From Bacteroidota bacterium (GTDB lineage Bacteria; Bacteroidota; Bacteroidia; AKYH767-A; 2013-40CM-41-45): a DNA stretch of 64,000 bases. Location: NCBI GenBank assembly GCA_004295015.1, contig SHNE01000026.1, positions 8,675 to 72,674 on the forward strand, written 5' to 3'. The translations under genes and the position numbers were made by a program. This document shows positions 38,382 through 48,391 of the stretch, piece after piece (position 1 is the first letter of the stretch; each line of letters opens with the position of its first letter). Below the pieces are notes generated by a model. The model had not been told where the DNA came from and made no database searches. It saw only the letters and a program-made list of their open reading frames with translations.

Positions 38382-38930
38382 TTAATTTTTGTTGAGCAAA
38401 CCTGCTTTTTCAATTCGCTTACACTCTGCCTTACTGGCAACTGATCTATTTTGTTGAAACCAGGCATTGAGTTCTTGCAATAAATCAGGATACTTTTTTG
38501 AAAGATTCACAATTACCGTAATCGAAAAAGCCTTTATTGCCGGAGCTGCATTCGCCTCAAGGAGCAAATCAAAACAATGACTGACTAAAGCAGCTTCATG
38601 TTTCACAGGAATATCAACATACTGAAATACTCTCAGTATATTTCTTTTCACGGCATCATGAACCGGCCGGGAAAGCAAAGGAATTAAGTTAGATAAATGA
38701 CCAAGAAACAATTGAGGATGATTTTCACCATGCGTTCCCATTACCCAAGCGGCTCTTTGAGCAATCATCGGATCATTACTTCTGACTAAATTCACGATTT
38801 CCGAAAAGCGTTGCCGGTCATTGCCGATGTATTTACCAATACGAAGAGTTTGAGCCTTTGAATGCTCCTTCTTCAATGCTTCAGATAAATTCATTTTGAT
38901 ATTGAAATATTTTGGTTCCGGATTTACCAC
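38382..38930 (-). CDS. Hypothetical all-alpha (HEAT/ARM-like) protein
   Basis: 182-aa ORF with a likely start at the internal Met at 38894 (MNLSEALKK). No confident family assignment. Confidence 0.4.
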   Translation of the reverse strand: MVNPEPKYFNIKMNLSEALKKEHSKAQTLRIGKYIGNDRQRFSEIVNLVRSNDPMIAQRAAWVMGTHGENHPQLFLGHLSNLIPLLSRPVHDAVKRNILRVFQYVDIPVKHEAALVSHCFDLLLEANAAPAIKAFSITVIVNLSKKYPDLLQELNAWFQQNRSVASKAECKRIEKAGLLNKN

Positions 38931-38978
38931 TTGCAGAAATAAAATCAGCTCAGTTTAAATCCATTTTCATAGACGGCC

Positions 38979-40016
38979 TCACTTATTTCTAAGTCTCACC
39001 ACTTCAAGATACCTTGCAATATTATCATCAAATCCATTTTTTAATTCCTCTCTCATAGTAGCCTTCTGTGCATCGTATCGAACAAAGCCAAGAAAGTATG
39101 CATTATTGGGTAACCTTGTTTTAAACATTCCTGAAAATCTCTCCGGAGAATGAAACTTGAGTGTATCAAGAGATCGGATGATTTCCCCTATTCTATCATA
39201 CTTGAATTTATATTTCAGGCTTTCATCAAGACCGGAAATTCTTTCATACAATGTATCCAGCGACTTGCTGGCCAAAAGCATTTGTCGGGTGAACAACTCC
39301 GAGTCTTCTTTTCTAAAAGTATACTCCTCCAATTGACGGGAATCATGACCATAATGATGGTTTAAAAACTGCACCGCACCTGCCTCGCCTACTGCACTTG
39401 CAAGATTCTCGTTGAAGTTCACATCACTTTTAATATAAAGTGTTGAATGTGTCATTTCGTGAATGATTAATTCAGCCAGCGCTCCATCAGATCTTTTTAG
39501 CATCCCTGATAAAATTGGATCCTTAAACCATCCTAATGTGCTCCATGCGCTAACTTCACCAAAATCTGTGTCAAAACCCTTTGCTCGCAATATAGAATCT
39601 TCAAACAAGCCTCTCTCCTTATCAAAAAAACCTTTGTAAGACACCCGTCCGACAACAGGAAACTTCCATTCATATGAATTCAACCGATATGCTTCACCGG
39701 CAGTTAATACCCAAAGAAGAGGCTTGGATTGTTGATCAAAAAAAGTGGTGTAATTGGGGGAATCTTTTAAGCCCAAAGAATCAATGGCAAATTCCCGGAT
39801 TGCTTGAATCAATCTTATCCTTGCTTTGACACTGTCCGGGGTAGCAGGCTCTTTAAAGACTTCATCTATAGGTTTGGCAGCAAAAATAATATGCGCCTGT
39901 CCTTTAAGTTGCATCCAACCGTAGGAGACCAAATCTCTATTCCACAATGCCCAGATAACAAGCATCACAACAAACAGCAAAAGGATACGGCCTATGTACT
40001 TAACTATTCTTCTCAT
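38979..40016 (-). CDS. Predicted zinc aminopeptidase-like protein with an HExxH motif and an N-terminal membrane anchor
   Basis: 345 aa. An N-terminal TM is present. IIHEMTHSTLYIK carries the HExxH zincin motif. Confidence 0.5.
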   Translation of the reverse strand: MRRIVKYIGRILLLFVVMLVIWALWNRDLVSYGWMQLKGQAHIIFAAKPIDEVFKEPATPDSVKARIRLIQAIREFAIDSLGLKDSPNYTTFFDQQSKPLLWVLTAGEAYRLNSYEWKFPVVGRVSYKGFFDKERGLFEDSILRAKGFDTDFGEVSAWSTLGWFKDPILSGMLKRSDGALAELIIHEMTHSTLYIKSDVNFNENLASAVGEAGAVQFLNHHYGHDSRQLEEYTFRKEDSELFTRQMLLASKSLDTLYERISGLDESLKYKFKYDRIGEIIRSLDTLKFHSPERFSGMFKTRLPNNAYFLGFVRYDAQKATMREELKNGFDDNIARYLEVVRLRNK

Positions 40017-40068
40017 TGGGCATACATAAACCGGGAAAATATTCTGTACAGCAATAAAACTATGTTAA

Positions 40069-42801
40069 TCAACCAAGACTAGCCAACTGCTCTTCAATGG
40101 CTTTGATCTTCGCTTCGGCATCTGCCTTTTTTCTCATCTCAGTTTCTACAATTTCAGGTTTTGCATTGGAGACGAATCGTTCGTTTGCCAATTTTGATTG
40201 AACTGATTTCAAAAATCCTGTATTGTATTCAAGTTCCTTCTTCAATCTTTCTTTTTCTGCACCCACGTCGAAATTCTCTGTCATTGGCACAAAAAACTCA
40301 TGATGACCGATGATAAAACTGGAAGCATTCTCGATTTTGTCGGAGCTTAACTCAAGCTTATCAAGGTTGGCAAGTTTAATAATTTGTCCGTCAAAACGAG
40401 GATCCATTTTTTCAGAGGACTTAATAAAGAGAGATAATTTTTCTTTCGGAGAAATATTCTTTTGAACACGAACATTTCTGAGCTGAGAGACTATTTCTGA
40501 TGCCAAGTTAAAAGCCGACAAAAGTGTAGCATCCGGTTTTTCAAGTACAGGCCATTTCGCTAGAATAATACAATCAGACGAACGCTTTTCATCCAGTAGG
40601 TGCCATAACTCTTCCGAAATAAATGGCATGAATGGATGAACCACCTTCAAGAGTTTTTCAAAATTCGCTATTGTAGCTTTGTAAGTAACACTGTCAATAG
40701 GCAAAGAGGTTCCATCAACAAATTCAGGCTTTACCATTTCAAGATACCATGCACAGAAATCATCCCAAATTAATTTGTAGGTTGACATCAATGCATCACT
40801 CACTCTGTATTTTGAATAATGATCATTAATTTGATCTAACTGCTCATTGAAGCGTGCATTAAACCATTCAACGGCTATTGCACTTTCTTTACTCTGAGTC
40901 ATTTTAGGATCCACAGTCCAGCCATTTACAAGCCTGAATGCATTCCATATTTTATTCGCAAAATTTCTCCCTTGCTCACACAGTCCTTCATCGAATGGCA
41001 AATCATTTCCTGCAGGAGAAGAAAATAACATACCTGTTCTTACTCCATCGGCGCTATACTTATTAATCAGATCCAAAGGATCAGGAGAATTGCCGAGTGA
41101 CTTAGACATTTTACGTCCCTGTTTATCACGTACGATACCCGTTAGATAAACATTGCTAAAAGGTTTTTTACCCGTGTACTCATAGCCTGCAATGATCATC
41201 CTTGCCACCCAGAAAAATAAGATTTCCGGAGCAGTGATAAGGTCATTTGTAGGATAATAATATTTTATGTCTTTGTTGTTCGGATCCTTGAAACCATCGA
41301 ATACAGATATCGGCCAGAGCCATGAGCTGAACCAGGTATCAAGAACATCTTCATCCTGACGAATATCTTTTGCTGAATAATTAGCAGAAGGATTTTTCTT
41401 CTTGAGAAGTTCCAAAGCTTCCTCTTCAGTCTTACAAACGACCGTAGCACCGTCCGGTGCATACCAGGCAGGAATACGTTGTCCCCACCAAAGCTGACGG
41501 GAAATACACCAGTCGTGTACATTCTCCATCCAATGCTTGTAAGTGTTGATGAATTTCTCCGGGATTAATTTAATCTCGCCATTCAGAACATTATCCAAAG
41601 CAGGTTTAGAAATATCACTCATCTTCAAAAACCACTGCATGGACAATTTTGGTTCGATGACGGCATCCGTTCTTTCAGAGTAACCAACTTTATTCTTGTA
41701 ATCATCCGTCTTCACAAGATTGCCCATCGCATCAAGATCTTTTACGATCTTCTTGCGAACTATGAAGCGATCTTCTCCAATATAAAACTTAGCATTCGGA
41801 CTCATCGTCCCGTCATCGTTGATAGTATCGATAACTTCCAAACCAAACTTTTGTCCGATGGTATAGTCATTAATATCATGCGCAGGAGTGATCTTCAATG
41901 CACCCGTTCCAAATTCAATATCGATATATGTATCAGCAACAATAGGAACAGGACGATTTACCATTGGGATAACGGCAAATTTACTTTGCATCTTCTTGTA
42001 GCGCTCATCATCAGGATGAACGCAAACACCGGTATCACCTAAAATAGTTTCAGGACGAACAGTGGCGATATGAATAAACTCATTTCCATTGTATGACTTC
42101 CCTCCTGCTCTAACGGTCCATGAGTCTCCTTCAATTGTCCAATCCGATTTTTCTGCTTTGAGAACTTTAGCAAGTTCAGCATCTACAATCGCATAGCGAA
42201 CATAGTAGAGCTTTGAATTAACTTCTTTATAGATAACTTCTTCATCACTCAAGGCAGTTTTGCCTGCAGGATCCCAGTTCACCATACGAACGCCTCGGTA
42301 GATGCTTCCTTTATTGAAGAGATCAATGAACACATCAATGACAGCTTCGCTCAGATCATCTTCCATGGTGAAACGAGTACGGCTCCAATCGCAAGATGCA
42401 CCGAGTTTTTTTAATTGATCGAGGATAATGCCGCCATACTTCTCTTTCCATTCCCAGGCATATTTTAAAAACTCGTCGCGCGTGAGGTCCTTCTTGGCTA
42501 TACCTTTTTCTTTTAACATCGCCACCACCTTCGCTTCGGTCGCAATGGAAGCATGATCCGTTCCCGGCACCCAGCAAGCATTCTTACCAAGCATACGCGC
42601 ACGACGAATCAGTACATCCTGAATTGTATTGTTCAGCATGTGCCCCATGTGCAGTACACCCGTAACGTTAGGCGGCGGGATCACGATGGTATATGGCTCC
42701 CTGTCATCCGGAACAGATTTAAAATAACCGTGTTCCATCCAGTAGGTGTACCACTTGTCTTCAATAGAGGAAGGATCGTATGTTTTGGCGATTTCTTTCA
42801 T
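40069..42801 (-). CDS. valS: Valine--tRNA ligase
   Basis: The class I HIGH motif (PPPNVTGVLHMGHMLNN), KMSKS (GRKMSKSLGN) and a C-terminal coiled coil are present. The ORF is open to 42867, but the conserved N-terminus starts at MKEIAKTYDP (42801). Confidence 0.95.
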   Translation of the reverse strand: MKEIAKTYDPSSIEDKWYTYWMEHGYFKSVPDDREPYTIVIPPPNVTGVLHMGHMLNNTIQDVLIRRARMLGKNACWVPGTDHASIATEAKVVAMLKEKGIAKKDLTRDEFLKYAWEWKEKYGGIILDQLKKLGASCDWSRTRFTMEDDLSEAVIDVFIDLFNKGSIYRGVRMVNWDPAGKTALSDEEVIYKEVNSKLYYVRYAIVDAELAKVLKAEKSDWTIEGDSWTVRAGGKSYNGNEFIHIATVRPETILGDTGVCVHPDDERYKKMQSKFAVIPMVNRPVPIVADTYIDIEFGTGALKITPAHDINDYTIGQKFGLEVIDTINDDGTMSPNAKFYIGEDRFIVRKKIVKDLDAMGNLVKTDDYKNKVGYSERTDAVIEPKLSMQWFLKMSDISKPALDNVLNGEIKLIPEKFINTYKHWMENVHDWCISRQLWWGQRIPAWYAPDGATVVCKTEEEALELLKKKNPSANYSAKDIRQDEDVLDTWFSSWLWPISVFDGFKDPNNKDIKYYYPTNDLITAPEILFFWVARMIIAGYEYTGKKPFSNVYLTGIVRDKQGRKMSKSLGNSPDPLDLINKYSADGVRTGMLFSSPAGNDLPFDEGLCEQGRNFANKIWNAFRLVNGWTVDPKMTQSKESAIAVEWFNARFNEQLDQINDHYSKYRVSDALMSTYKLIWDDFCAWYLEMVKPEFVDGTSLPIDSVTYKATIANFEKLLKVVHPFMPFISEELWHLLDEKRSSDCIILAKWPVLEKPDATLLSAFNLASEIVSQLRNVRVQKNISPKEKLSLFIKSSEKMDPRFDGQIIKLANLDKLELSSDKIENASSFIIGHHEFFVPMTENFDVGAEKERLKKELEYNTGFLKSVQSKLANERFVSNAKPEIVETEMRKKADAEAKIKAIEEQLASLG

Positions 42802-42874
42802 AAAAAGGGCATTTTTGGGTAGCGAAGGTAAGAAAATTTGGGGAAAATTCAGGTAGCAAACTCTCATTATTAAG

Positions 42875-42917
42875 CACCAAGATTTCTATGTTATAAACCA
42901 ACATAGAAATCTTGGTG
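42875..42917 (-). promoter_or_regulatory. Perfect 18-bp inverted repeat (caccaagatttctatgtt / aacatagaaatcttggtg, 7-nt loop) in the valS 5' leader
   Basis: Read directly from the sequence. It lies about 75-115 nt upstream of the valS start. On the valS transcript a U-run precedes the hairpin rather than following it, so it is not a canonical intrinsic terminator. Confidence 0.35.
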
Positions 42918-43074
42918 TCAAAAAATAATTATGAACGCGACGAATATTTAAGGTTGCAAAATGAAACCTTAAAGAATGACAGTGCGAAACATTGAATTAA
43001 CCAATCTGAAAATTTTCAAAATAAGGCCAAATTGTAATGACTAATTTTGTTTTTACCAGGCTTTATAAAATTGA

Positions 43075-43317
43075 AACACTTTCTCTCAATCAACCTTAAA
43101 ATGGAATATTAATCGCTCTCCAAAGAGATTCATGTTCCAATTATCAAATGAGGAATGTCTTTTTTTGATATCACAAACTGTGACATCAAAAAAAGAAAAA
43201 AGAGGTGGGAGACGAAAACCAGCAATGGCCTTTACAGAACATGGAGTCACCATGCTTACCAGCATTTTAAAAAGTCAAAAGGCACAAAGTCCGCAAAGAT
43301 TTTCTCCGAAATTATAA
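43075..43317 (+). pseudogene. Remnant of an ORF6N-domain gene (C-terminal half of the domain only)
   Basis: The frame open from 43075 translates to ...LKWNINRSPKRFMFQLSNEECLFLISQTVTSKKEKRGGRRKPAMAFTEHGVTMLTSILKS. This aligns with [63 protein letters not shown] of the intact paralogue at 12628-13236. The N-terminal IRGQ...half and the C-terminal coiled coil are absent. Confidence 0.5.
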
Positions 43318-43515
43318 CTGATTCATACCATACTACAAGCCACTTGTGTACATAATGATCCTTGCCTTTCCTTGCATGCGTGGCCTTGGTAATTTTCTGA
43401 AAATTGAAACCGAAAGACAATGCATTTCATTTTTGCTTTCAGCACAGACAACTAAAAATCTAAAATTGAAGGTTAAAATCTTTAAATTGCACTTATGTAT
43501 TGAACACGGCTACCT

Positions 43516-44871
43516 ATGAAATTTAAAAGTATCAATCCCTTTAACGGAGATGTTCTTGCGACCTATGAAGAACAGGACGAGAAATCTGTATTAAATACTT
43601 TATCAAAATCACAAAAAGCATATCAAGGCTGGAGGAAGACGAGTGTGACTGATCGTACTTCCATGATGAAAAAGGCAGCCAAGGTACTTCGGGACAATGC
43701 TGAAGAGTATGCAATGATGATCACACTCGAAATGGGAAAACCCATTACTGAATCGAGAGCAGAAGTGAATAAATGCGCCTGGGTCTGTGATTATTATGCA
43801 GATAATGCAGCTGAATTTCTAAAAGATGAAATCATCAAAACAGATGCTCAGCAAAGCTTTGTCAGACATGATCCCATAGGAGGAATACTGGCCATCATGC
43901 CATGGAATTTTCCATTCTGGCAAGTGTTCAGATTTGCTGCTCCTACTCTTATGGCAGGTAATGTCGGACTACTCAAGCATGCATCAAATGTTTTTGGCTG
44001 CGCAAAACAGATAGAAGAGGTTTTCATCAAAGCCGGCTTTCCTGAGGGAGTATTTCAAAATATTATTTTACATCATGACAAAACAGAAATGCTCATTTCA
44101 CATGAGGCGATTCGTGCAGTAACACTTACCGGCAGCGAAAGAGCAGGATCATCGGTAGCTTCCTTAGCCGGGAAATACATAAAGAAATCTCTTTTAGAAT
44201 TGGGAGGAAACAATTCTTTCATTGTTTTGGAAGATGCTGACATAGACAAAGCAGTTGAGACCGCATTAGTAGCACGAATGCTCAACTGCGGACAAAGTTG
44301 TATTGCTGCGAAAAGATTTATTCTAATCGGAGATGTTTACGAAAAATTCACAAAGAAATTTATTGAATCAGTGACCAAATTAAAATCAGGTGATCCGCGC
44401 GATGAATCCACTATGGTAGGAACACTAGCACGTAAAGATCTGGCAGACGAACTGCAGGATCAAATGTCAAGATCAATAAAAGCAGGTGATCAATGATTGT
44501 ATGGGGGAAAACAAAACGGTGCTTACCATGAACCTACAGTTCTTGGAAATGTTGTACCCGGCATGGCCACCTTTGACGAAGAGACTTTCGGGCCATTGGC
44601 ATCAATGATCAGAGCCAAAGACATCAATGAAGCAATATCACTTTCTGAAAATTCGAAATTTGGTTTAGGCGTCACCCTCTGCACAAGTAATATTGAAAAA
44701 GGACTTGCTCTTGCAGAACATTTTAGCGATGGAGCTTATTTCATCAATGAATTAGTGAAGTCAGATCCTCGCCTTCCATTTGGTGGTGAAAAAACATCGG
44801 GCTTTGGAAGAGAGTTAGCAAGAGACGGGATGATGGCTTTCATAAACAGGAAAACTGTTTATGTAAAATAA
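43516..44871 (+). pseudogene. NAD(P)-dependent aldehyde dehydrogenase (succinate-semialdehyde dehydrogenase-like) interrupted by one in-frame TGA at 44494-44496
   Basis: The ORFs 43516-44496 and 44497-44871 are in the same frame and abut across a single TGA. Together they give a full-length ALDH of about 451 aa with catalytic Glu (LELGGNNS) and Cys (GQSCIAAKR) motifs. The stop falls where homologues have a hydrophobic residue (GA-x-V-V-x-GG). Confidence 0.6.
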
Positions 44872-44884
44872 ATTGGAAATGATA

Positions 44885-46231
44885 TTAATCTTTCTCAGGA
44901 TGGTATTCTTTCAAAACCCGCATTTCATTAGGGAAATAATTATTGACCCTCCCATCCAACACTTTCATCCAACCCAAAGGAAAATTATCAAATGCAGCAA
45001 GAGTCCAGCCTTTTTTGGTGCCCGGACAAAGGACAGCATCACAACGCAAATAGCGAATAGCATCTTCAAGAGAAAAACTGTAAGCAGAAATATCGGATCT
45101 CAAGGAAGAACTGAGTGCCAACTCGTGCGCCGGCTGAAGAGAAGAACCTTTCATCTCGCCTATTCTTATTCCTGCTTGTCGAATATAAAACCTCTTTTCC
45201 ATGAACTGAAAAAGTGCAAGAATGTGATTGGGAATAGCAAAGATTACCTCATCTTTTTGAATGGCTGTAAATGACTCTGCCATAACTAAGAACGACTTTA
45301 GTAATTCTTTATAAATCAGTGGTGCTTTAGACGGCTTTGCTTTTTTTAACACGAATTCTTCTCCCTCTGTCCGTCTAATTGCACTGATAAAAAACCCTTC
45401 TCCGGAAATTCGATGCGGATAAAAACGTATTCCATATTCCGTTTTAACCAATCCGGGAAATGAAGTGGTCAATGAAATCATTTCAGCTGAATCATTTTTA
45501 ATCAAAGTCCTTGTTTGATTTTCATTTTCCGCTTCCTCAAATGTACACGTACTGTAAATCAACACTCCTCCCGGTCTTAAGAGTTTAAATGCGTCTTCCA
45601 GAATTTTCCCTTGCCGTGTCGAACAATGTTTGACTGCATCAACACTCCATTCCTCGGCAGCATCAGGATCGCGTCGAAATAATCCTTCTCCGCTACAGGG
45701 TGCATCAACTACTACCAGATCAAAATATCCTGTAAGGGAAAGAAAGTCTTCAGTTTCATTTTGTGTTACAATCACATTCGGACTGCCCCACTTTACTATA
45801 TTTTGTCGTAGTACTTTATTCCTGCTTGAAATTAATTCATTGCTGACAAGCAAACTCCCTTCAGCTAATAAAGAAATTAAATGCGTTGATTTCCCACCGG
45901 GTGCAGCACAGAGGTCAAGTACTCTTAATGCTTTTTTCTCCGGAAAACATTGATAAAAAACAGATTCGAGAAACATAGAACTGGCTTCCTGTACATAATA
46001 GGTTCCAGCATGAAACAAGGGATCAAATGTAAAAGAAGGTCTATGAGAAAGGTATCGTCCTGTTTCGCACCATACAACTTTTTGTTCCCCTTCGAACTTC
46101 TTTATCGGTTTGGCAGGATTAAGTCTTATTGATACCGGTGCTTGAGTAGATAAACCCTGAAGAAATGCGGGGTACTCTGCGCCCAGTAGACTCTGCATTC
46201 TTACTAAAAAATCGTCCGGCCACTTCTGCAT
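44885..46231 (-). CDS. rRNA cytosine-C5 methyltransferase, RsmB/RsmF (NOL1/NOP2/Sun) family
   Basis: 448 aa. The SAM-binding motif DLCAAPGGKST, the catalytic motifs DAPCSGEG and TCT(F), and a PUA-like C-terminus are present. Confidence 0.75.
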   Translation of the reverse strand: MQKWPDDFLVRMQSLLGAEYPAFLQGLSTQAPVSIRLNPAKPIKKFEGEQKVVWCETGRYLSHRPSFTFDPLFHAGTYYVQEASSMFLESVFYQCFPEKKALRVLDLCAAPGGKSTHLISLLAEGSLLVSNELISSRNKVLRQNIVKWGSPNVIVTQNETEDFLSLTGYFDLVVVDAPCSGEGLFRRDPDAAEEWSVDAVKHCSTRQGKILEDAFKLLRPGGVLIYSTCTFEEAENENQTRTLIKNDSAEMISLTTSFPGLVKTEYGIRFYPHRISGEGFFISAIRRTEGEEFVLKKAKPSKAPLIYKELLKSFLVMAESFTAIQKDEVIFAIPNHILALFQFMEKRFYIRQAGIRIGEMKGSSLQPAHELALSSSLRSDISAYSFSLEDAIRYLRCDAVLCPGTKKGWTLAAFDNFPLGWMKVLDGRVNNYFPNEMRVLKEYHPEKD

Positions 46232-46271
46232 AAATTCGACTAGTCTTATTCCAATGAAAACTGATTAAGCA

Positions 46272-46988
46272 TTACAATTTCCCCATCCTGTACAGTTCAA
46301 ACTTATACTTAATATAGACACAGAAATCATATTGTGTTGCCGTTTTCATAAAATGTTCGGGTACATTACAGTAATCTACGAAATCGTCAAACTCACGTGC
46401 GTCCAGATAAAAAATATCACCGGCAACATAGCTGGCAAGCAATTCTTTCAGAAGCGTTCTTCGCTTGTCGTTGTTGATCCGCTCGGCATTATGACGTCGC
46501 AGCTGCTCATACTTGCTGAACTCCTGATATAAAAATGTAATTGGACTACTTAAAGCATCTGTACCTCCAATTTGCATCTCCCGTTTATTGTAGCCTAGCT
46601 TTTCTATATCACTGTATATTTTTTCCAAATCTCGTGCAGAAAAAATCACGACTTCACGGAGATTGACATTTAATTTTGTCAGTGGGACATCCAGATAATA
46701 CGTCGACTTCTCTAAAGAATCAAAGACCATTATCCGCTTGTATTCATAACCGGTTGATGCAACAAGAATAGTATCTGTTCGTCCGGCTTGAACTGAAAAT
46801 GTTCCATCGGCTTTTCCAAAAACACCCTGTCCTGTGTTCAAATTAATAATCATCAAATCATCCAGGCGTCTGGCTGATTCTTTATCATCAAAAGCACGAC
46901 CTGATATATGAACCGTGTGTATAGTATCCTGAGCGGACAGAATCATTCCCTGAATCAGAATGAATACAACAATGAGAACTTTTTGCAT
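46272..46988 (-). CDS. Hypothetical secreted protein with a carboxypeptidase-regulatory-like (CarbPepD_reg) N-terminal domain
   Basis: 238 aa with a signal peptide. VHISGRAFDD...GKADGTFSVQAGRTDTILVASTGYEY resembles the CarboxypepD_reg beta-sandwich. Confidence 0.45.
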   Translation of the reverse strand: MQKVLIVVFILIQGMILSAQDTIHTVHISGRAFDDKESARRLDDLMIINLNTGQGVFGKADGTFSVQAGRTDTILVASTGYEYKRIMVFDSLEKSTYYLDVPLTKLNVNLREVVIFSARDLEKIYSDIEKLGYNKREMQIGGTDALSSPITFLYQEFSKYEQLRRHNAERINNDKRRTLLKELLASYVAGDIFYLDAREFDDFVDYCNVPEHFMKTATQYDFCVYIKYKFELYRMGKL

Positions 46989-47229
46989 ATCGGGTAAAAG
47001 TACTTGATAAAATTTAACATCCGGCCAAGGCGAATCAGGGTTTTAACGAAAACACAATCAAAATATTCATGCCCGGCAAGAGCATCCCCGGAATGGAGAT
47101 ATTTGAAACAAGCGTAAATAATGCAGCCATTATTGCGGTTGAATGCTGAATATATATACTTGACAAAGCACGATAAAAACACTATTTTTGCATTCTTAAA
47201 ATCCTTCAAAAACACTAAATTTCAATCAA

Positions 47230-47790
47230 ATGGCTGATATTGGCGATGCTCGCGTGGGCTCTATACTGCGTTTTAACGGTGAATTGTGCCTGGTAACTGA
47301 ATATATGCACCGGACACCCGGAAACCTTAGAGCATTTTATCAGCTCAAAATGAAGAATCTAACGAGCGGAAAAGTAGTTGAAAACAGATTCCGCGCAGGA
47401 GAGCAAATTGAAATTGCACGGGTTGAGTTCAAAGAGATGCAATTCATTTTTCCGGAAGGAGATCATATTGTTGTAATGGATAATGAAACCTTCGAGCAGG
47501 TTTATGTACCGGCAACGATGTTCGGTGATAACGGTAAGCTGCTCAAAGAAGGCATGACTGTAAAAATTGCTTTCGAAAATGAACAACCTATAACTGCTGA
47601 AGCTCCTACCTTTGTTGAGCTTGAAGTAACCTATACGGAGCCCGGACTTAAAGGGGATACTGCTACAAATACACTTAAGCAAGCTACGCTTGAAACCGGA
47701 GCTGTCGTGAATGTACCATTGTTTGTGAATATAGGTGAAGTGATCAAGATCGACACCCGTGATTGGAGTTATACAGGAAAAGTGAAATAA
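47230..47790 (+). CDS. efp: Elongation factor P
   Basis: 186 aa. The KOW-like N-terminus (ADIGDARVGSILRFNGELCLV) and the EF-P OB domains are present. Confidence 0.95.
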   Translation: MADIGDARVGSILRFNGELCLVTEYMHRTPGNLRAFYQLKMKNLTSGKVVENRFRAGEQIEIARVEFKEMQFIFPEGDHIVVMDNETFEQVYVPATMFGDNGKLLKEGMTVKIAFENEQPITAEAPTFVELEVTYTEPGLKGDTATNTLKQATLETGAVVNVPLFVNIGEVIKIDTRDWSYTGKVK

Positions 47791-47855
47791 TAGCTTTTTT
47801 AAATACTGCGTCATAAACATCCTAAGATGTTTATTAAATATTTATTTCAATAAGA

Positions 47856-48311
47856 ATGAAGAAATCCGGAGGTCGTAAACCTGAAAGTTTTATTAAACAA
47901 CCGAATTTTCCGGGAGGTAAAATGGCAATGGATCAGTTTATTAAATCCAACATGCGCTATCCGGATGAAGCCCTGGAAAATAAAATCGAAGGAACTGTTG
48001 CCGTTGATCTTGACATAGATGTTTTTGGAGATGTGATTGAGGCGAAGGTGAAACACAAGCTAGGATATGGTTGTGATGAAGAAGCTATCCGAATCGTCAA
48101 ACTATTGAAATTTGAAAAGAAGAGATATATGGGATTGCGCGTTGTCTTTCATCGCACCCTAAATATACATTTTCGATTGCACAATGCTTCTAAGCCACCT
48201 GTTAAAGAAGAGACATTGAAATACAATTATACATCCACTCCTTCACCGGTAAAACCTCCGGAGAAGGAAGGAGGAAAAGAAACATACAATATCAAAATTA
48301 ATCTCGATTGA
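47856..48311 (+). CDS. TonB C-terminal-domain (energy transducer) family protein
   Basis: 151 aa. FPGGKMAMDQFIKSNMRYPDEALENKIEGTVAVDLDIDVFGDVIEAKVKHKLGYGCDEEAIRIVK matches the TonB_C fold signature. Confidence 0.55.
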   Translation: MKKSGGRKPESFIKQPNFPGGKMAMDQFIKSNMRYPDEALENKIEGTVAVDLDIDVFGDVIEAKVKHKLGYGCDEEAIRIVKLLKFEKKRYMGLRVVFHRTLNIHFRLHNASKPPVKEETLKYNYTSTPSPVKPPEKEGGKETYNIKINLD

Positions 48312-48391
48312 TTTTCAATCCTGCTATAGATTAATTACGGAGGCCTTCATTTGCCTTTTTAATTTGAACAAGTTTAAATCCTATTCCATTA

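Noticed and set aside
44494-44496. The in-frame TGA in the aldehyde dehydrogenase could encode selenocysteine
   Set aside because: The catalytic Cys is encoded normally elsewhere (GQSC). The TGA aligns with a hydrophobic structural position, not the active site. No SECIS-like hairpin follows the codon. A nonsense mutation or a sequencing error is more parsimonious.
47813-47834. A hairpin after efp as an intrinsic terminator
   Set aside because: The stem ataaacatc/gatgtttat has only two G-C pairs, and the flank is AT-mixed rather than a clean T-run. It is too weak to call.
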